Shown: one piece after another, positions 48,207 to 58,084 of the stretch | How positions within the stretch are numbered: the first letter of the stretch is position 1 | How the letters are laid out: each line of letters begins with the position of its first letter | NCBI GenBank assembly: GCA_039935335.1 | Contig: JBDTKK010000099.1 | Location: forward strand, 659 to 64,658 | Direction of reading: 5' to 3' | Length of the DNA: 64,000 bases | Source of the DNA: Chitinophagaceae bacterium | GTDB taxonomy: Bacteria; Bacteroidota; Bacteroidia; Chitinophagales; Chitinophagaceae | Notes under the pieces: model-generated | What the model saw: the letters and a program-made list of their open reading frames with translations, nothing else | Database searches by the model: none | Told to the model about the DNA's origin: nothing | Program-made: the position numbers and the translations under genes

Positions 48207-49064
48207 TCAATAAAGGTCATCCACCCGCATCTTCAAATACTTGAGTACCGAACGGTGCGTGCTGAGTAGCGAAATAAGGACTCCGAGCATGAGCAAAACA
48301 CCCATCAGCAAGGCAATTGAAGCATTATCGTGCAAGGTCTTTAATTCAGGCAATTGAGCCTCGGCAAACTGAATAACAAGCCACAAGCCTAACACCGCAA
48401 TGGCACCGCTAATAAGTCCGTTGATGATAGCGCGTTTGTCAAAAGGGCGCGAAATGAAATGCCGATTGGCACCTACCATTTGCATAGTTTTTATCAAGAA
48501 TCGATTGCTAAACATGGCCAAGCGAACAGTGTTATCTATCAGCACTACTACCGCGAAAACCAATACCAGCGCGATGATGCCTAGAATCAGGTTGATGCGA
48601 CGGAAGTTACTATTCATCTGTTCCACTTGCACTTTTGGGTAGCTCACATCCCGCACAATATTGCTCTGCAGCACAAACTGTTTGATTTTTTCAAGGCTGT
48701 CTTTGTTGGCATATTCTTGATAAACGTTCATCTCCAAAGAAGCAAAAAGCGGATTATAGCCCAAAAACTGACCCACATTTTCTCCTTCAATTTCGCTTTG
48801 CAAACGCAGTGCTTCCTCTTTAGAAATCATCTTTGTGTGCTTAATGAAAGGTTGCTTTTCCATGATTTTATGAAGTGCTTCTATCTGTCCAGGAGCTACA
48901 TTATCATGAAAATCTGCAGTAAGGGTGATATTTTCCTTAAACTCCCGCGTGAGCGATCTGCCATTGATGACGAGCCAGCCAAGCGTACCCAACAAGAATA
49001 AAACAAGGCTCACACCAATGATGGCGTAAACGTATGAAGGCTTTGATTTTTTTCCGGTCGACAT
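48207..49064 (-). CDS. ftsX: Cell division protein FtsX (permease-like)
   Basis: One N-terminal TM, a periplasmic domain, then three C-terminal TMs with the FtsX pattern (FSNRFLIKTMQMVGA). Confidence 0.85.
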   Translation of the reverse strand: MSTGKKSKPSYVYAIIGVSLVLFLLGTLGWLVINGRSLTREFKENITLTADFHDNVAPGQIEALHKIMEKQPFIKHTKMISKEEALRLQSEIEGENVGQFLGYNPLFASLEMNVYQEYANKDSLEKIKQFVLQSNIVRDVSYPKVQVEQMNSNFRRINLILGIIALVLVFAVVVLIDNTVRLAMFSNRFLIKTMQMVGANRHFISRPFDKRAIINGLISGAIAVLGLWLVIQFAEAQLPELKTLHDNASIALLMGVLLMLGVLISLLSTHRSVLKYLKMRVDDLY

Positions 49065-49101
49065 GAAATGAATAAGGCTTAGGCCACCAAAAGTAACGGA
49101 A

Positions 49102-50056
49102 ATGAACTTTGAAGTTTCGGGCTCTGCTCTATTCTACCGCATCTTTGTGTTTGTTTTGCCAATCTCGCTGTCTTTCAAAGCATCCATAATCCCTGAAATC
49201 CACTGAAACACCAGTTGAATTCAGTGTTCCATTCTGGATTTTCTTGGTTATTGGAGCGATCTATTTCTATGTTTTTCGCTTTGATGTGATGGACGTAGAC
49301 GCTTCGCAAGATGTCGAAATGAGCCGCGTAATGAGCCATCGCCACAATTGGCTTCAAATCTTTGACAGTGGAAGGATTACCTCGATAAACCGCCGTTCCG
49401 CTTTTAGTTATTTGCCTTGTGCTTGAAGGCTTTTGGCATCACAAATTTCGCCTAGAAACTGCCTTCAGGCTACCTTCAATTCTATTCGCCTTTCTAGCCA
49501 TTTTCTCTATTTATCGATTAGCTCTAACCCTCTATAATGCAAGCCTGGCGAAGATTACAGCATTTGTGCTCGCATCTAAGGACTCTTTCTTTGGACAAAT
49601 GATGTGCCTACAAACACGATGCTAATTAATTGTGTGATCACCCCCATTTTGTGCGTTGGAGAATGAGAGCAAAAGTGCCGATGGCATTTTGTGTCGGGAA
49701 GTACTCTCGCAATCGCTTACGGCATGATCACGAAAGGATCAATCGTTCTGTTGATTCCTGTATTTACCATAGGTTATGATCGGGTGTTTCGCGGAAAATA
49801 GTAACTGCTTTTTCTGGCTTGGCATTTGCTAGATGCAGCCATCATAGCGGCTTTCATGCTACCGATGTGCATTGGATTATACCAACAATTTGATCTCCAT
49901 CTCGAAAAAATAATTCTTGGTCAGCACAATCTTTCGGGTATAAAATTCTTTTTCTGGAGGCAAAGTTTTGGCGGTGTAACAGGAGGAAATTCTTGGAATA
50001 ATGGCGCCAGTCTTTTGTTTCGTTTGAATAGTGTGCTTTGGATGTTTCTGCCCTAG
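49102..50056 (+). pseudogene. Heavily decayed GT39/ArnT-like membrane glycosyltransferase (multiple frameshifts and stops); decay probably extends to ~50.9 kb
   Basis: Family-typical pieces are scattered over all three frames: DVDASQDVEMSRVM, YLDKPPF, AFRLPSILFAFLAIFSIYRLALTLYN, GMITKGSIVLLIPVF, QQFDLHLEKIILGQHNLSGIKFFFWRQSFGGVTGGNSWNN...LWMFLP. No ORF over 76 aa lies between 49.1 and 51.28 kb. Confidence 0.65.
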
Positions 50057-51282
50057 ATTTTCCAATTTTTAACAACAATAATCTTGAACGTAAAGTAGAT
50101 TTTTTAACAAAAATTCCGACTCGCTGAAAGACAAGAATGAGTAAGCTCTAAAGGCTTCCCTTCCGGTACTTTTCCCTTTGCTTGCCGCACTACCTGCTAC
50201 TACATTCCAAACTAGTAGCGTTTCCGTTGGTGGTAATTTTAATCGTGAAATCTCACTACGAAATGGTTGTGGCCAGGAAATTTCAATGCCCAAAGAAAGT
50301 TTGGCTAAGTTCTAATCGAAATCACTTGGAGAAAGTAGCGATAAGATGACGCTATCAAATTCGTTGCAGGTCGGAAAACATGCACTGGTGTCACTGTAAG
50401 GAAAAGACCATGTAAAAAATACAAAACCGAAATTAGAACCGCGCGGAAGTTTTTGGTACCATTCAAATTGTAATCAGCGTTTTGATTTTAGTTGCTGTAC
50501 TTTTAATTCTCATCGTTGTGTTTCCTGCGGAAAAGGCGGTTGTCTTTTTGTGGCCTTGTGCGTTTGGCATTTGGCAATCCCTTCAGTTGAAAATGTAAAT
50601 ACCGGACAAGACATATTGGATGTGGTCAACTACCATGATATTTGCAACCTACGCATATTATATATAATAATGCTCCAAAATGTAATGCTTGAACGAGGGT
50701 GGGAAAGATTTCCCAAACGGACTAGATTTCGCCCGCGAAGATCATAAGTTGGCTGATACTAGTCCGCATTTGGCTATTTGTATTTTTATGCTGGTAGAAT
50801 TATTGGGGAGAATGACGGCTATCCTGCCCAAGCAAAACTGCCTGTGCTATACTGCCGCGCTAAGCTCTTTAAAATCGCACTAAAGGAAGCTCGCGTAGGG
50901 GATTGGTTGCTTTTGCCCTGAATGCTCTATAGAGGGTCTGTAGTGACCCTACAATTCCCTAACGCCAATACACGGGGCAGCATAAAAAAACGAACTATTT
51001 TGCGTGATTGAAATAGAAATTTTGGAAATAATTTTGGCAGGATTTGACATTAGTCGGATAAATATGGAAAGCCAAACGCAGGAAAGTGAAAGTTGATCCA
51101 GCCAATGCTCTACCAAAAACTGTACAACGAGGAAAAGTACATGTAGCAACCTCGGAATAAAGAATTGGTTTCACTATTCAACGAGCCTAATGATAGGTTG
51201 TAAAGGAGTCCATTGAACAATAACATGTATTATAATCAGCTACAAACAAGATGACAATATAACATCACAAATGTATCAACTC

Positions 51283-53172
51283 CTAAATCTGAACTTGATA
51301 GGTAACGTCAATAGCACTCTGACTCTGCAATTCTGCAATCAATTCCACCTTAATTCGTTCCCATTCTTCAGGCGATACCAAACTAGAATCGCTGGGAGTG
51401 AGTTTCACGTTTATTAATGGAATCAAACCTTGATTTGGCATTGGACTTAATCCTACACCCTTCTCGACCTTCACATCTGAAACCTTATTTAGTAAATAAG
51501 CAGTGCAGAAATTCTTTATATCCATTGCAGTGACAATGCGGTTTCTGGAAAGCAATACCGACTTAAATGCAGTAAGTATCTCTGTATTTTTCAACTTATC
51601 CATTCCACCAGTACTTTGCGTCATCAATACAAGGCTTCTTTTTGCAAATGATGAGCCTTCGTACAAATCCATCTGCGAACCACTTCGGATACCGTTTCCT
51701 GCCGCTCCTGCGCAAGTCCAGTACTGCACAAAGATTGTGTCGCCGTCTTCCAATGGATTAATTAGTAGGTACGTAGGTGTAGTTTGCAAAAGATGAAGGT
51801 TCTGCTTTATTTTTTGCTCTATCAGTCCAATGTTTTGATTCAAATCTTTTATTGCAGTTGCCATAAAATCCTGTCCAAAAGCAGCAAAAGCACGGCTTTC
51901 ATCCCGCAAAAGTTCCATCAAATAATTAATATATTCAGCAGCATTTCTACTGTCAAATCGCTCCAAATCACCTACTCTCACAGTATATATTCCCTTATCT
52001 ACATCGTTGTATTGATCAAATGGGTAATACACATAATCATTCCGACCTCGTGGCCCAACAATTGTCCCCTCCACATGCTTCACAGCAAAAAACTGTTCAC
52101 TACTCAATAATGGAATGATATTAAAATAACTATTTAATCTATAATTCAGCTCGTTGAGATGTCTATTAACTACAGGAAAGCAATTTATTGATATTGACAA
52201 ATCGTCAATTACAGGTGTTGTAAATTCTGGCGGTAATTCAAGTTTTAGCCAAAGAAGTTGTTCAGTTAGTTGACCCAGCTCAGCCGCCCCCAGATATTGC
52301 TCAAATTCTGTCGGGTATTTCTTTAGATTTGCACTATCTACTTGCTGTAAAGCTTCATTTCCGCCAGCACTAATAGTAAGAAAATTACTTGAATAAATCC
52401 TATTTATTTGCCTTTCAAGCCGTCTGTTGATGTACAATTCCTCCAAGGCATCTTCAAAAGGAAGCTCATGATCTTCGTAGCTCGTTTGTGAAAGACCTTT
52501 AGTTAGGTTTACTCTGACTCCATTGAAACTACATTGAACATGCCCCAGCATAGACAAATACCGAAATTTATCCGGAATGTTTTTCAAGTCAAAGAAAATG
52601 GATAAATCCGTCAAATCTTGACCGCGTTCTGCCCGGATACCAACCCAGATTGTCTGTGCTGGAAATACACGCCCAGGTGATGGTCTTAAGTAGGTTTCCT
52701 TTTGTTGAAAATTATTTAACTTATATACATTAGAAGCTGCTGCAATAATCGCAACATCGCCGGAAATCGTCTTGAATCTACCTGCTGGGGAAAAGAAAAC
52801 GTCGAGTGTTTTATCCAAAGGACCATTCACAACCGAGGCAATTCGCTTTTGATGCAGAAATTGAGACTCCAATGCCACATACATCATCTCATCGGTCGCT
52901 GCTGCATGAATGACCGCGTGCGCTGGCCTCGGCTGGATATGTACTTCAGGAATGAGCAAATCGGCCAACCTTTCGGTCATAACCCGTTGGAGTGAGGCTA
53001 TTTCATTATCAATCCTATAAACTTCTACTGCACAGGCTTCTACCAATAGTCGAACTAATGGATCAAAGTTGTCCATATTAGTATCGTTAAGCCCCCAAAA
53101 ACGGGCAGCATTACGAAACATTCTGCTGGCTATTGCCTCCTTACTTAAATTATTACTCTCTGTATTCAGCAT
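51283..53172 (-). CDS. tssF: Type VI secretion system baseplate subunit TssF (Bacteroidota type)
   Basis: 629 aa. The N-terminal block SKEAIASRMFRNAARFWGLNDTNMDNFDPLVRLLVEACAVE is typical of T6SS-iii TssF. Lies directly after tssE. Confidence 0.8.
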   Translation of the reverse strand: MLNTESNNLSKEAIASRMFRNAARFWGLNDTNMDNFDPLVRLLVEACAVEVYRIDNEIASLQRVMTERLADLLIPEVHIQPRPAHAVIHAAATDEMMYVALESQFLHQKRIASVVNGPLDKTLDVFFSPAGRFKTISGDVAIIAAASNVYKLNNFQQKETYLRPSPGRVFPAQTIWVGIRAERGQDLTDLSIFFDLKNIPDKFRYLSMLGHVQCSFNGVRVNLTKGLSQTSYEDHELPFEDALEELYINRRLERQINRIYSSNFLTISAGGNEALQQVDSANLKKYPTEFEQYLGAAELGQLTEQLLWLKLELPPEFTTPVIDDLSISINCFPVVNRHLNELNYRLNSYFNIIPLLSSEQFFAVKHVEGTIVGPRGRNDYVYYPFDQYNDVDKGIYTVRVGDLERFDSRNAAEYINYLMELLRDESRAFAAFGQDFMATAIKDLNQNIGLIEQKIKQNLHLLQTTPTYLLINPLEDGDTIFVQYWTCAGAAGNGIRSGSQMDLYEGSSFAKRSLVLMTQSTGGMDKLKNTEILTAFKSVLLSRNRIVTAMDIKNFCTAYLLNKVSDVKVEKGVGLSPMPNQGLIPLINVKLTPSDSSLVSPEEWERIKVELIAELQSQSAIDVTYQVQI

Positions 53173-53196
53173 ATTATCAGGTGTATCATCAAAAAC

Positions 53197-53640
53197 TTAA
53201 TCAATAGAAATAGGGCTAATAAACAATTGTGGTGAAAAGGTAAATGGCTCCCCTGTTGCTTTTAAAGTCCCTTTTACGTTAATGGTCAGTTTCTTTTTGA
53301 TACTCCGTACTCTGGTTTGGGGGTTAAAATAAGGTTCCTCCGTAATAACTGTATCCACACTAATCTTATCTAACCTCCGTTCATACTTATTAAGCGTTTT
53401 GATTATGGACTTATTTACTTCTTCTTGCCAAATCAATGGATTGGTAATCAACTCAAAATCTCGTTCCCAAATTTCACAGCCATATTCAGGGTCAAAACGA
53501 TGTTCCTGATATTTGGATGTGATAATAAGAAAAATGTTCTGCGCTATGGATGTCCCTAGGTTTACCGCAGGAAGCTCTTGATTTCGCTCCATGAGCAAAT
53601 CAAAACGAAAGGGCATCTGATATAACTTCGCTGTGTTCAT
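53197..53640 (-). CDS. tssE: Type VI secretion baseplate subunit TssE (GPW/gp25 family)
   Basis: gp25-like core SIAQNIFLIITSKYQEHRFDPEYGCEIWERDFE. About 147 aa from MNTAKL. Lies between vgrG and tssF. Confidence 0.75.
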   Translation of the reverse strand: MNTAKLYQMPFRFDLLMERNQELPAVNLGTSIAQNIFLIITSKYQEHRFDPEYGCEIWERDFELITNPLIWQEEVNKSIIKTLNKYERRLDKISVDTVITEEPYFNPQTRVRSIKKKLTINVKGTLKATGEPFTFSPQLFISPISID

Positions 53641-53693
53641 AAGATGTGTCGCATAAAACTTATAAGCTGCTATCGTTGCCAACAATATGCAGC

Positions 53694-55550
53694 CTAATTA
53701 ATCATCACCATCGCTCCTTTAATGGTATTAATACCACTAGCTTCTACATTTACTAAAGCACCTTTCAGTTTCGCTGTTCCAGAGCCAGAAATTTCAGTCT
53801 GTACAGATTCAATTTTTACTGAAGTTCCTCCCTTGGCCTCGAGGCCAGTACTTGCTTCAATTTTGATATCTGGAGCCTTCATTTCAATCTTCGTATTTGC
53901 ACTCAGTGATATACTGTCGGTAGCCTCAATAGTAATTTTCTCAGATTTTATGCTGATTGTTTTATCACCTTGAACTTCAATCGACTTTCCTGATTTTACG
54001 ACAATAGTCTCCTTAGAGTTTACCTCAATCGCCTTCGAAGAATAAATCTTAATCGTTCCGTCGGAATTCTTAAGATTAATGGAAATATAATTCGTCTTAT
54101 CCGTTTGAATGTTTATTTCCTGCTCTTTATCATCATCTTTATCGGTAAAAGTAATGATGTTTCCGCTTCTGGTACTGATTGACTTAATCTGATTCTTATC
54201 ATTGGGTGATGAGTCTATCTGTTTTCCATTGGGCAAACTGCCTAACACAAAAGGTCTTTCAGGATCATTCTGGGAAAACCCAACCATCACCATTTCTCCA
54301 ACCTCGGGTGTAAAAAAGTGACCGCGAGTCTTCTTACCATCTTTGTACGTGCCACCATGCGGGGTCATCACCCTAATATAAGGCGTTGTATCTGAATCCT
54401 TTTGCCACAATAGTTGAACCTTCACTTTCCCTAATTTGTCGGGATCTGTATTGTCGGTAACTATTCCCATCTGCGCATCTGCAATTCGTTTTTCAATATG
54501 GGCATTTGGAACAACAGTAATTCCATTGGGAATCGCTTCAAAGTTATTAGTATAGTTGCCCAGTCCATCGGTTGTATGATTAACAGATATAACTGTAAAC
54601 TTTCCATAATCAGTAGTGTCTGCCATAATCGCCACTGTAGCACCCAGGCTCACTGATGGAGAATCAGAACTTGCTTCAACAGCCACAAAATTTCCGGCAG
54701 TAGTGGATTTGATTACTTTAACCGATTCGTCAAGCTCTTTGGCTTCCAAAAATTTCCTCGCACTTAGTGTATTGGCTTTAGCCTTAAATATTTGCTTTGA
54801 AGTGTTTAAAGCAAATTTTCCATTCGCATCCAAGCCTGCAACATCCTGCCCAGACGATGCTACACGAAGTTGTTTGTCTTCTTTAGACAAGTAGCCAACA
54901 TGTTCAAATTCAACAGGTCCGAGCTTCACTTGCAAGTCCAATTCCGATAGGTCATTGGGATATTGAAGTGAAATATTTACAGCCTGACTCGGCTTCCCAA
55001 AATTCAGCTTTGTACCGTCATAAAAAAAATGCTCTCCATACTCCGCTGCTAACCGCCGTAAGAATGAAAAGTCACTCTCATGATATTGAACGCAATAAGG
55101 AATGGCCGATTTCTTTACGGGATTTACGCTAAGCGACAAATCATTAGAAGGCACATCCTTTGTAGCCCCTTTCACAACTTGTGAAAGTGTGCTTTTGAGA
55201 TAAGAAGCATTCGACTCGCCAGTTTCCAATAGGATTGTTGGGCTATAGCCACTAAAAATCAAATCTCCAGGCGAATCCAAGGTATTTGAAATGCGAATGT
55301 CCGTAACAATGCCTTTAAACACAGTTTCTTGCTTCGTTTTTTCGAAGTTGTTGAAAGCGATATTAATCGCTTTGCCTAGATAATCTTTTGATTTATCGAG
55401 GGTGACGGCTCCTTTAGCCTCCAAAACATCATAATTGAAGTGCAACTCAAAATAATGATGTGCATTATATTGCTGTCGCAACGACAATTGAGAAAATGGG
55501 GTGATTTTCTTGCCGTTAATCGTAATATCTACGCTAATCTGCTGCGCCAC
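53694..55550 (-). CDS. vgrG: Type VI secretion spike protein VgrG (TssI)
   Basis: gp27-like N-terminus (ITINGKKITPFSQLSLRQQYNAHHYFELHF), a gp5 OB-fold (GIVTDNTDPDKLGKVKVQLLW...YIRVMTPHGG), and a C-terminal beta-helix of repeated x-I-x-I/V-x-x strands. The GTG start at 55550 fits family N-termini. ATG alternatives lie at 55592 and 55610. Confidence 0.85.
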   Translation of the reverse strand: MAQQISVDITINGKKITPFSQLSLRQQYNAHHYFELHFNYDVLEAKGAVTLDKSKDYLGKAINIAFNNFEKTKQETVFKGIVTDIRISNTLDSPGDLIFSGYSPTILLETGESNASYLKSTLSQVVKGATKDVPSNDLSLSVNPVKKSAIPYCVQYHESDFSFLRRLAAEYGEHFFYDGTKLNFGKPSQAVNISLQYPNDLSELDLQVKLGPVEFEHVGYLSKEDKQLRVASSGQDVAGLDANGKFALNTSKQIFKAKANTLSARKFLEAKELDESVKVIKSTTAGNFVAVEASSDSPSVSLGATVAIMADTTDYGKFTVISVNHTTDGLGNYTNNFEAIPNGITVVPNAHIEKRIADAQMGIVTDNTDPDKLGKVKVQLLWQKDSDTTPYIRVMTPHGGTYKDGKKTRGHFFTPEVGEMVMVGFSQNDPERPFVLGSLPNGKQIDSSPNDKNQIKSISTRSGNIITFTDKDDDKEQEINIQTDKTNYISINLKNSDGTIKIYSSKAIEVNSKETIVVKSGKSIEVQGDKTISIKSEKITIEATDSISLSANTKIEMKAPDIKIEASTGLEAKGGTSVKIESVQTEISGSGTAKLKGALVNVEASGINTIKGAMVMIN

Positions 55551-55636
55551 GGTAAATAGTTTAGTGATAAAGAATAGGCCGCAAGACCCCATGAAGAGAC
55601 CTTGCGGCAACCAATTCCTGCTGACAAGCTAAAGCC

Positions 55637-56041
55637 TTAGGCTTTGTTGTCAGGCCACAGATTCGTGTGCTTGGCAGCATCACCCATAGAGATTTCACGA
55701 GCGGAAATCGTCATCTGGATAGCCATAGCTTCGCTGCTATTTGCCTGCGCAGATTCTGTGTAGTTTGTGATGAAGCCATCAACAAACTTCAGCGTTTTCA
55801 TGACTCCGTCGGCGGAACCCTGATCATAGGTGATGTCACCTGTTTGCGCTGTATGCTGCTTGTTCAGCATAATTTCTAGTAGCGTCGTATCTGCATACGA
55901 TTCTACTGCCAAGTGGATCTCACCACCATAAACCCCTGAAGACGGACGTCCTTTAGGATCTACTGATCGGTTGAATGAGAATGTTGTGCTGAGCACATCG
56001 TACTTCTTTCCCCCTAGACTGAGGGTCATTTTGTAAGCCAT
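55637..56041 (-). CDS. hcp: Type VI secretion tube protein Hcp/TssD (Bacteroidota type), copy 1
   Basis: MAYKMTLSLGGKKYDVLSTTFSFNRSVDPKGRPSSGVYGGEIH matches the T6SS-iii TssD signature. 134 aa. Confidence 0.88.
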   Translation of the reverse strand: MAYKMTLSLGGKKYDVLSTTFSFNRSVDPKGRPSSGVYGGEIHLAVESYADTTLLEIMLNKQHTAQTGDITYDQGSADGVMKTLKFVDGFITNYTESAQANSSEAMAIQMTISAREISMGDAAKHTNLWPDNKA

Positions 56042-56103
56042 AGCTGGTTTGGTTTGGATGATTAAAAAAAAAGAAAAGTTTGCGTAATAGAATTTGCGTA
56101 ATA

Positions 56104-56145
56104 GAGTTAGAGTAGGACTCCTGTATTAGAATCCTACTCTAACTC
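56104..56145 (-). other. Perfect 14-bp-stem hairpin between the two hcp copies
   Basis: GAGTTAGAGTAGGA (56104-56117) pairs with TCCTACTCTAACTC (56132-56145) across a 14-nt loop. There is no clear U-tract, so it may be an attenuator, an RNA processing site or a weak terminator. Confidence 0.55.
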
Positions 56146-56193
56146 ATTGATGCCTCTTTGACGACAAAGTAGAGCAGACTAACTAGTCTTTGC

Positions 56194-56598
56194 CTAAGCT
56201 TTGTTGTCTGGCCACAAGTTCGTGAGCTTGGCAGCATCACCCACAGAGATTTCACGAGCGGAAATCGTCATGGCAATTGTCATAGCGTCTCCGCTATTTG
56301 CTTGTGCAGACTCACCATAGCTCGTGATGAAGCCATCAACAAACTTCAATGTTTTCATGACACCATCTGCGGAGCCCTGATCGTAGGTGATGTCACCTGT
56401 TTGCGCTGTATGCTGCTTATTCAGCATAATTTCTAGTAGCGTCGTATCTGCATACGATTCTACTACAATGTGAATCTCACCACCATAAACCCCTGAAGAC
56501 GGACGTCCTTTAGGATCTACTGATCGGTTGAATGAGAATGTTGTGCTGAGCACATCGTACTTCTTTCCCCCTAGACTGAGGGTCATTTTGTAAGCCAT
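56194..56598 (-). CDS. hcp: Type VI secretion tube protein Hcp/TssD, copy 2
   Basis: 124 of 134 residues are identical to copy 1. The first ~125 coding nt and the proximal leader are essentially identical. Confidence 0.88.
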   Translation of the reverse strand: MAYKMTLSLGGKKYDVLSTTFSFNRSVDPKGRPSSGVYGGEIHIVVESYADTTLLEIMLNKQHTAQTGDITYDQGSADGVMKTLKFVDGFITSYGESAQANSGDAMTIAMTISAREISVGDAAKLTNLWPDNKA

Positions 56599-56658
56599 GT
56601 CTGGTTTGGTTTAGATGATTAAAAAAAAGAAAAAAAATAATTTCGTAAATAGATAGTA

Positions 56659-58041
56659 TTAAGCATTTTCCGTCTTGGTATCCCATTCGGCCCCATCATC
56701 GCCCTTGTGTCCGTCCAGCTTCAGCATAAAGCTCTTGGCAGGGAAATAAGGAGTGATGTTGATATCCAAGAAGATACGGTCTTTCTGATTTTCATCGCGC
56801 TCAAAGCGCAATACGCGGAATTTTTCGATAAGCTTGTCTGCACCTTTGATGCTGTCCAAGAATTTCACAATCTGCTGACGCAAATCTTGCTCCGTAGCTG
56901 ATGTCCAGTTTTCAAATGCCCGACGGTTCAAGAAATCTATCAATACTTTGTTGATATAGTCAAATACGCGGACAACAGAGTAAGTTTGAAGGCCAATATT
57001 GTCGCCGTTGAACAATGTCTTGGAAGAAAATGCCATTACCTTGCCATACTCGCTTACCATTGGGATTAGTCCGGCACGATCCATCGCAGATATTTCTGAC
57101 TTCTTCAAATCAAACCGAATCCCTTCTACCTCGTTCATACCACCATGCTTCTTACCAGCGGTCACTTGAGACATTAGCGTATAATAAAGCTTACCAGCCA
57201 ATGCTGAGGATGGGGGTACGCGTAAATCATCCTCTTCGTCAACTTCCTCGTTCTTAGCACGGCCAACTATATAGTTCGCAGCCATCATAACGTTAGAGCG
57301 GTGAAGTTCGCCGCCAGTGAGGTTGGCCTCAACAAACATATCCAAAGTATCATCTGGATTATCAATGTCCATGAAGTCAGTAACAAGCATGGTCTTCGTC
57401 GCAAACGCTAATTTCGCCCATTTTTCAACTACGGCATTGCTGCCCAAATATCCTGGGACACAAAGAATTGAATAATTGTTCCGCAAATCCAATCTATCGT
57501 AATTCTGCTTCAATTCACCAGCTACATACTCAATGAATTTCGGTGCGTCCAAGTCTTTAATTTGGTCAGGCCCTGCGTTCACAATGGTTACGTTCTTAAG
57601 TTTCTCTGATTCAGTATTCTTATAGAAAAGATTCAAAGAGCGGTAAGACACTTCCAATTCATGGCTAGCCTCTACTGCCTTCTTCAAGTTTTTCTTCAAA
57701 AGCGCAGCAGCTTCTTCAGATTTCTGTTGGCTCACTTCTGCCATCTTGCTAATGTCACTGCTAGATTGAAGAAGATCTAACCACAATTGCATTTTCTTCT
57801 TCAATTCGGCACGCTCTTTCTTCTTGTTGCTATCGCTCAAAAAGATATTCTTCCGTGCCTTACGCTCGGGGTTGAGGCTTTGAACGCCATCGATTGCAGA
57901 TTCAAGAAAGTCAAAGCTGCCAAATTTAGCAAGCTTTGCCAAGCTCGCGTCAATCGACTCCGAGGGAGCGGTACTGGCTTCCTGGGTTTTGACCGCTAGT
58001 TCCTGACTGTCTTCTGCCTGTTGCATTGATGCTTCTGCCAT
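56659..58041 (-). CDS. tssC: Type VI secretion contractile sheath large subunit TssC
   Basis: 460 aa, downstream of tssB. The sheath-family C-terminal region LQTYSVVRVFDYINKVLIDFLNRRAFENW...ITPYFPAKSF is typical of Bacteroidota TssC. Confidence 0.82.
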   Translation of the reverse strand: MAEASMQQAEDSQELAVKTQEASTAPSESIDASLAKLAKFGSFDFLESAIDGVQSLNPERKARKNIFLSDSNKKKERAELKKKMQLWLDLLQSSSDISKMAEVSQQKSEEAAALLKKNLKKAVEASHELEVSYRSLNLFYKNTESEKLKNVTIVNAGPDQIKDLDAPKFIEYVAGELKQNYDRLDLRNNYSILCVPGYLGSNAVVEKWAKLAFATKTMLVTDFMDIDNPDDTLDMFVEANLTGGELHRSNVMMAANYIVGRAKNEEVDEEDDLRVPPSSALAGKLYYTLMSQVTAGKKHGGMNEVEGIRFDLKKSEISAMDRAGLIPMVSEYGKVMAFSSKTLFNGDNIGLQTYSVVRVFDYINKVLIDFLNRRAFENWTSATEQDLRQQIVKFLDSIKGADKLIEKFRVLRFERDENQKDRIFLDINITPYFPAKSFMLKLDGHKGDDGAEWDTKTENA

Positions 58042-58084
58042 AGTTTATATTATTTCTGTTGTGTAATGTTTTTTAAGGTAAAGA

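Noticed and set aside
50949-51149. 66-aa minus-strand ORF downstream of tssF as a candidate truncated tssG
   Set aside because: It is too short, has no resemblance to the TssG N-terminal pattern that I can see, and is surrounded by stops in all frames.
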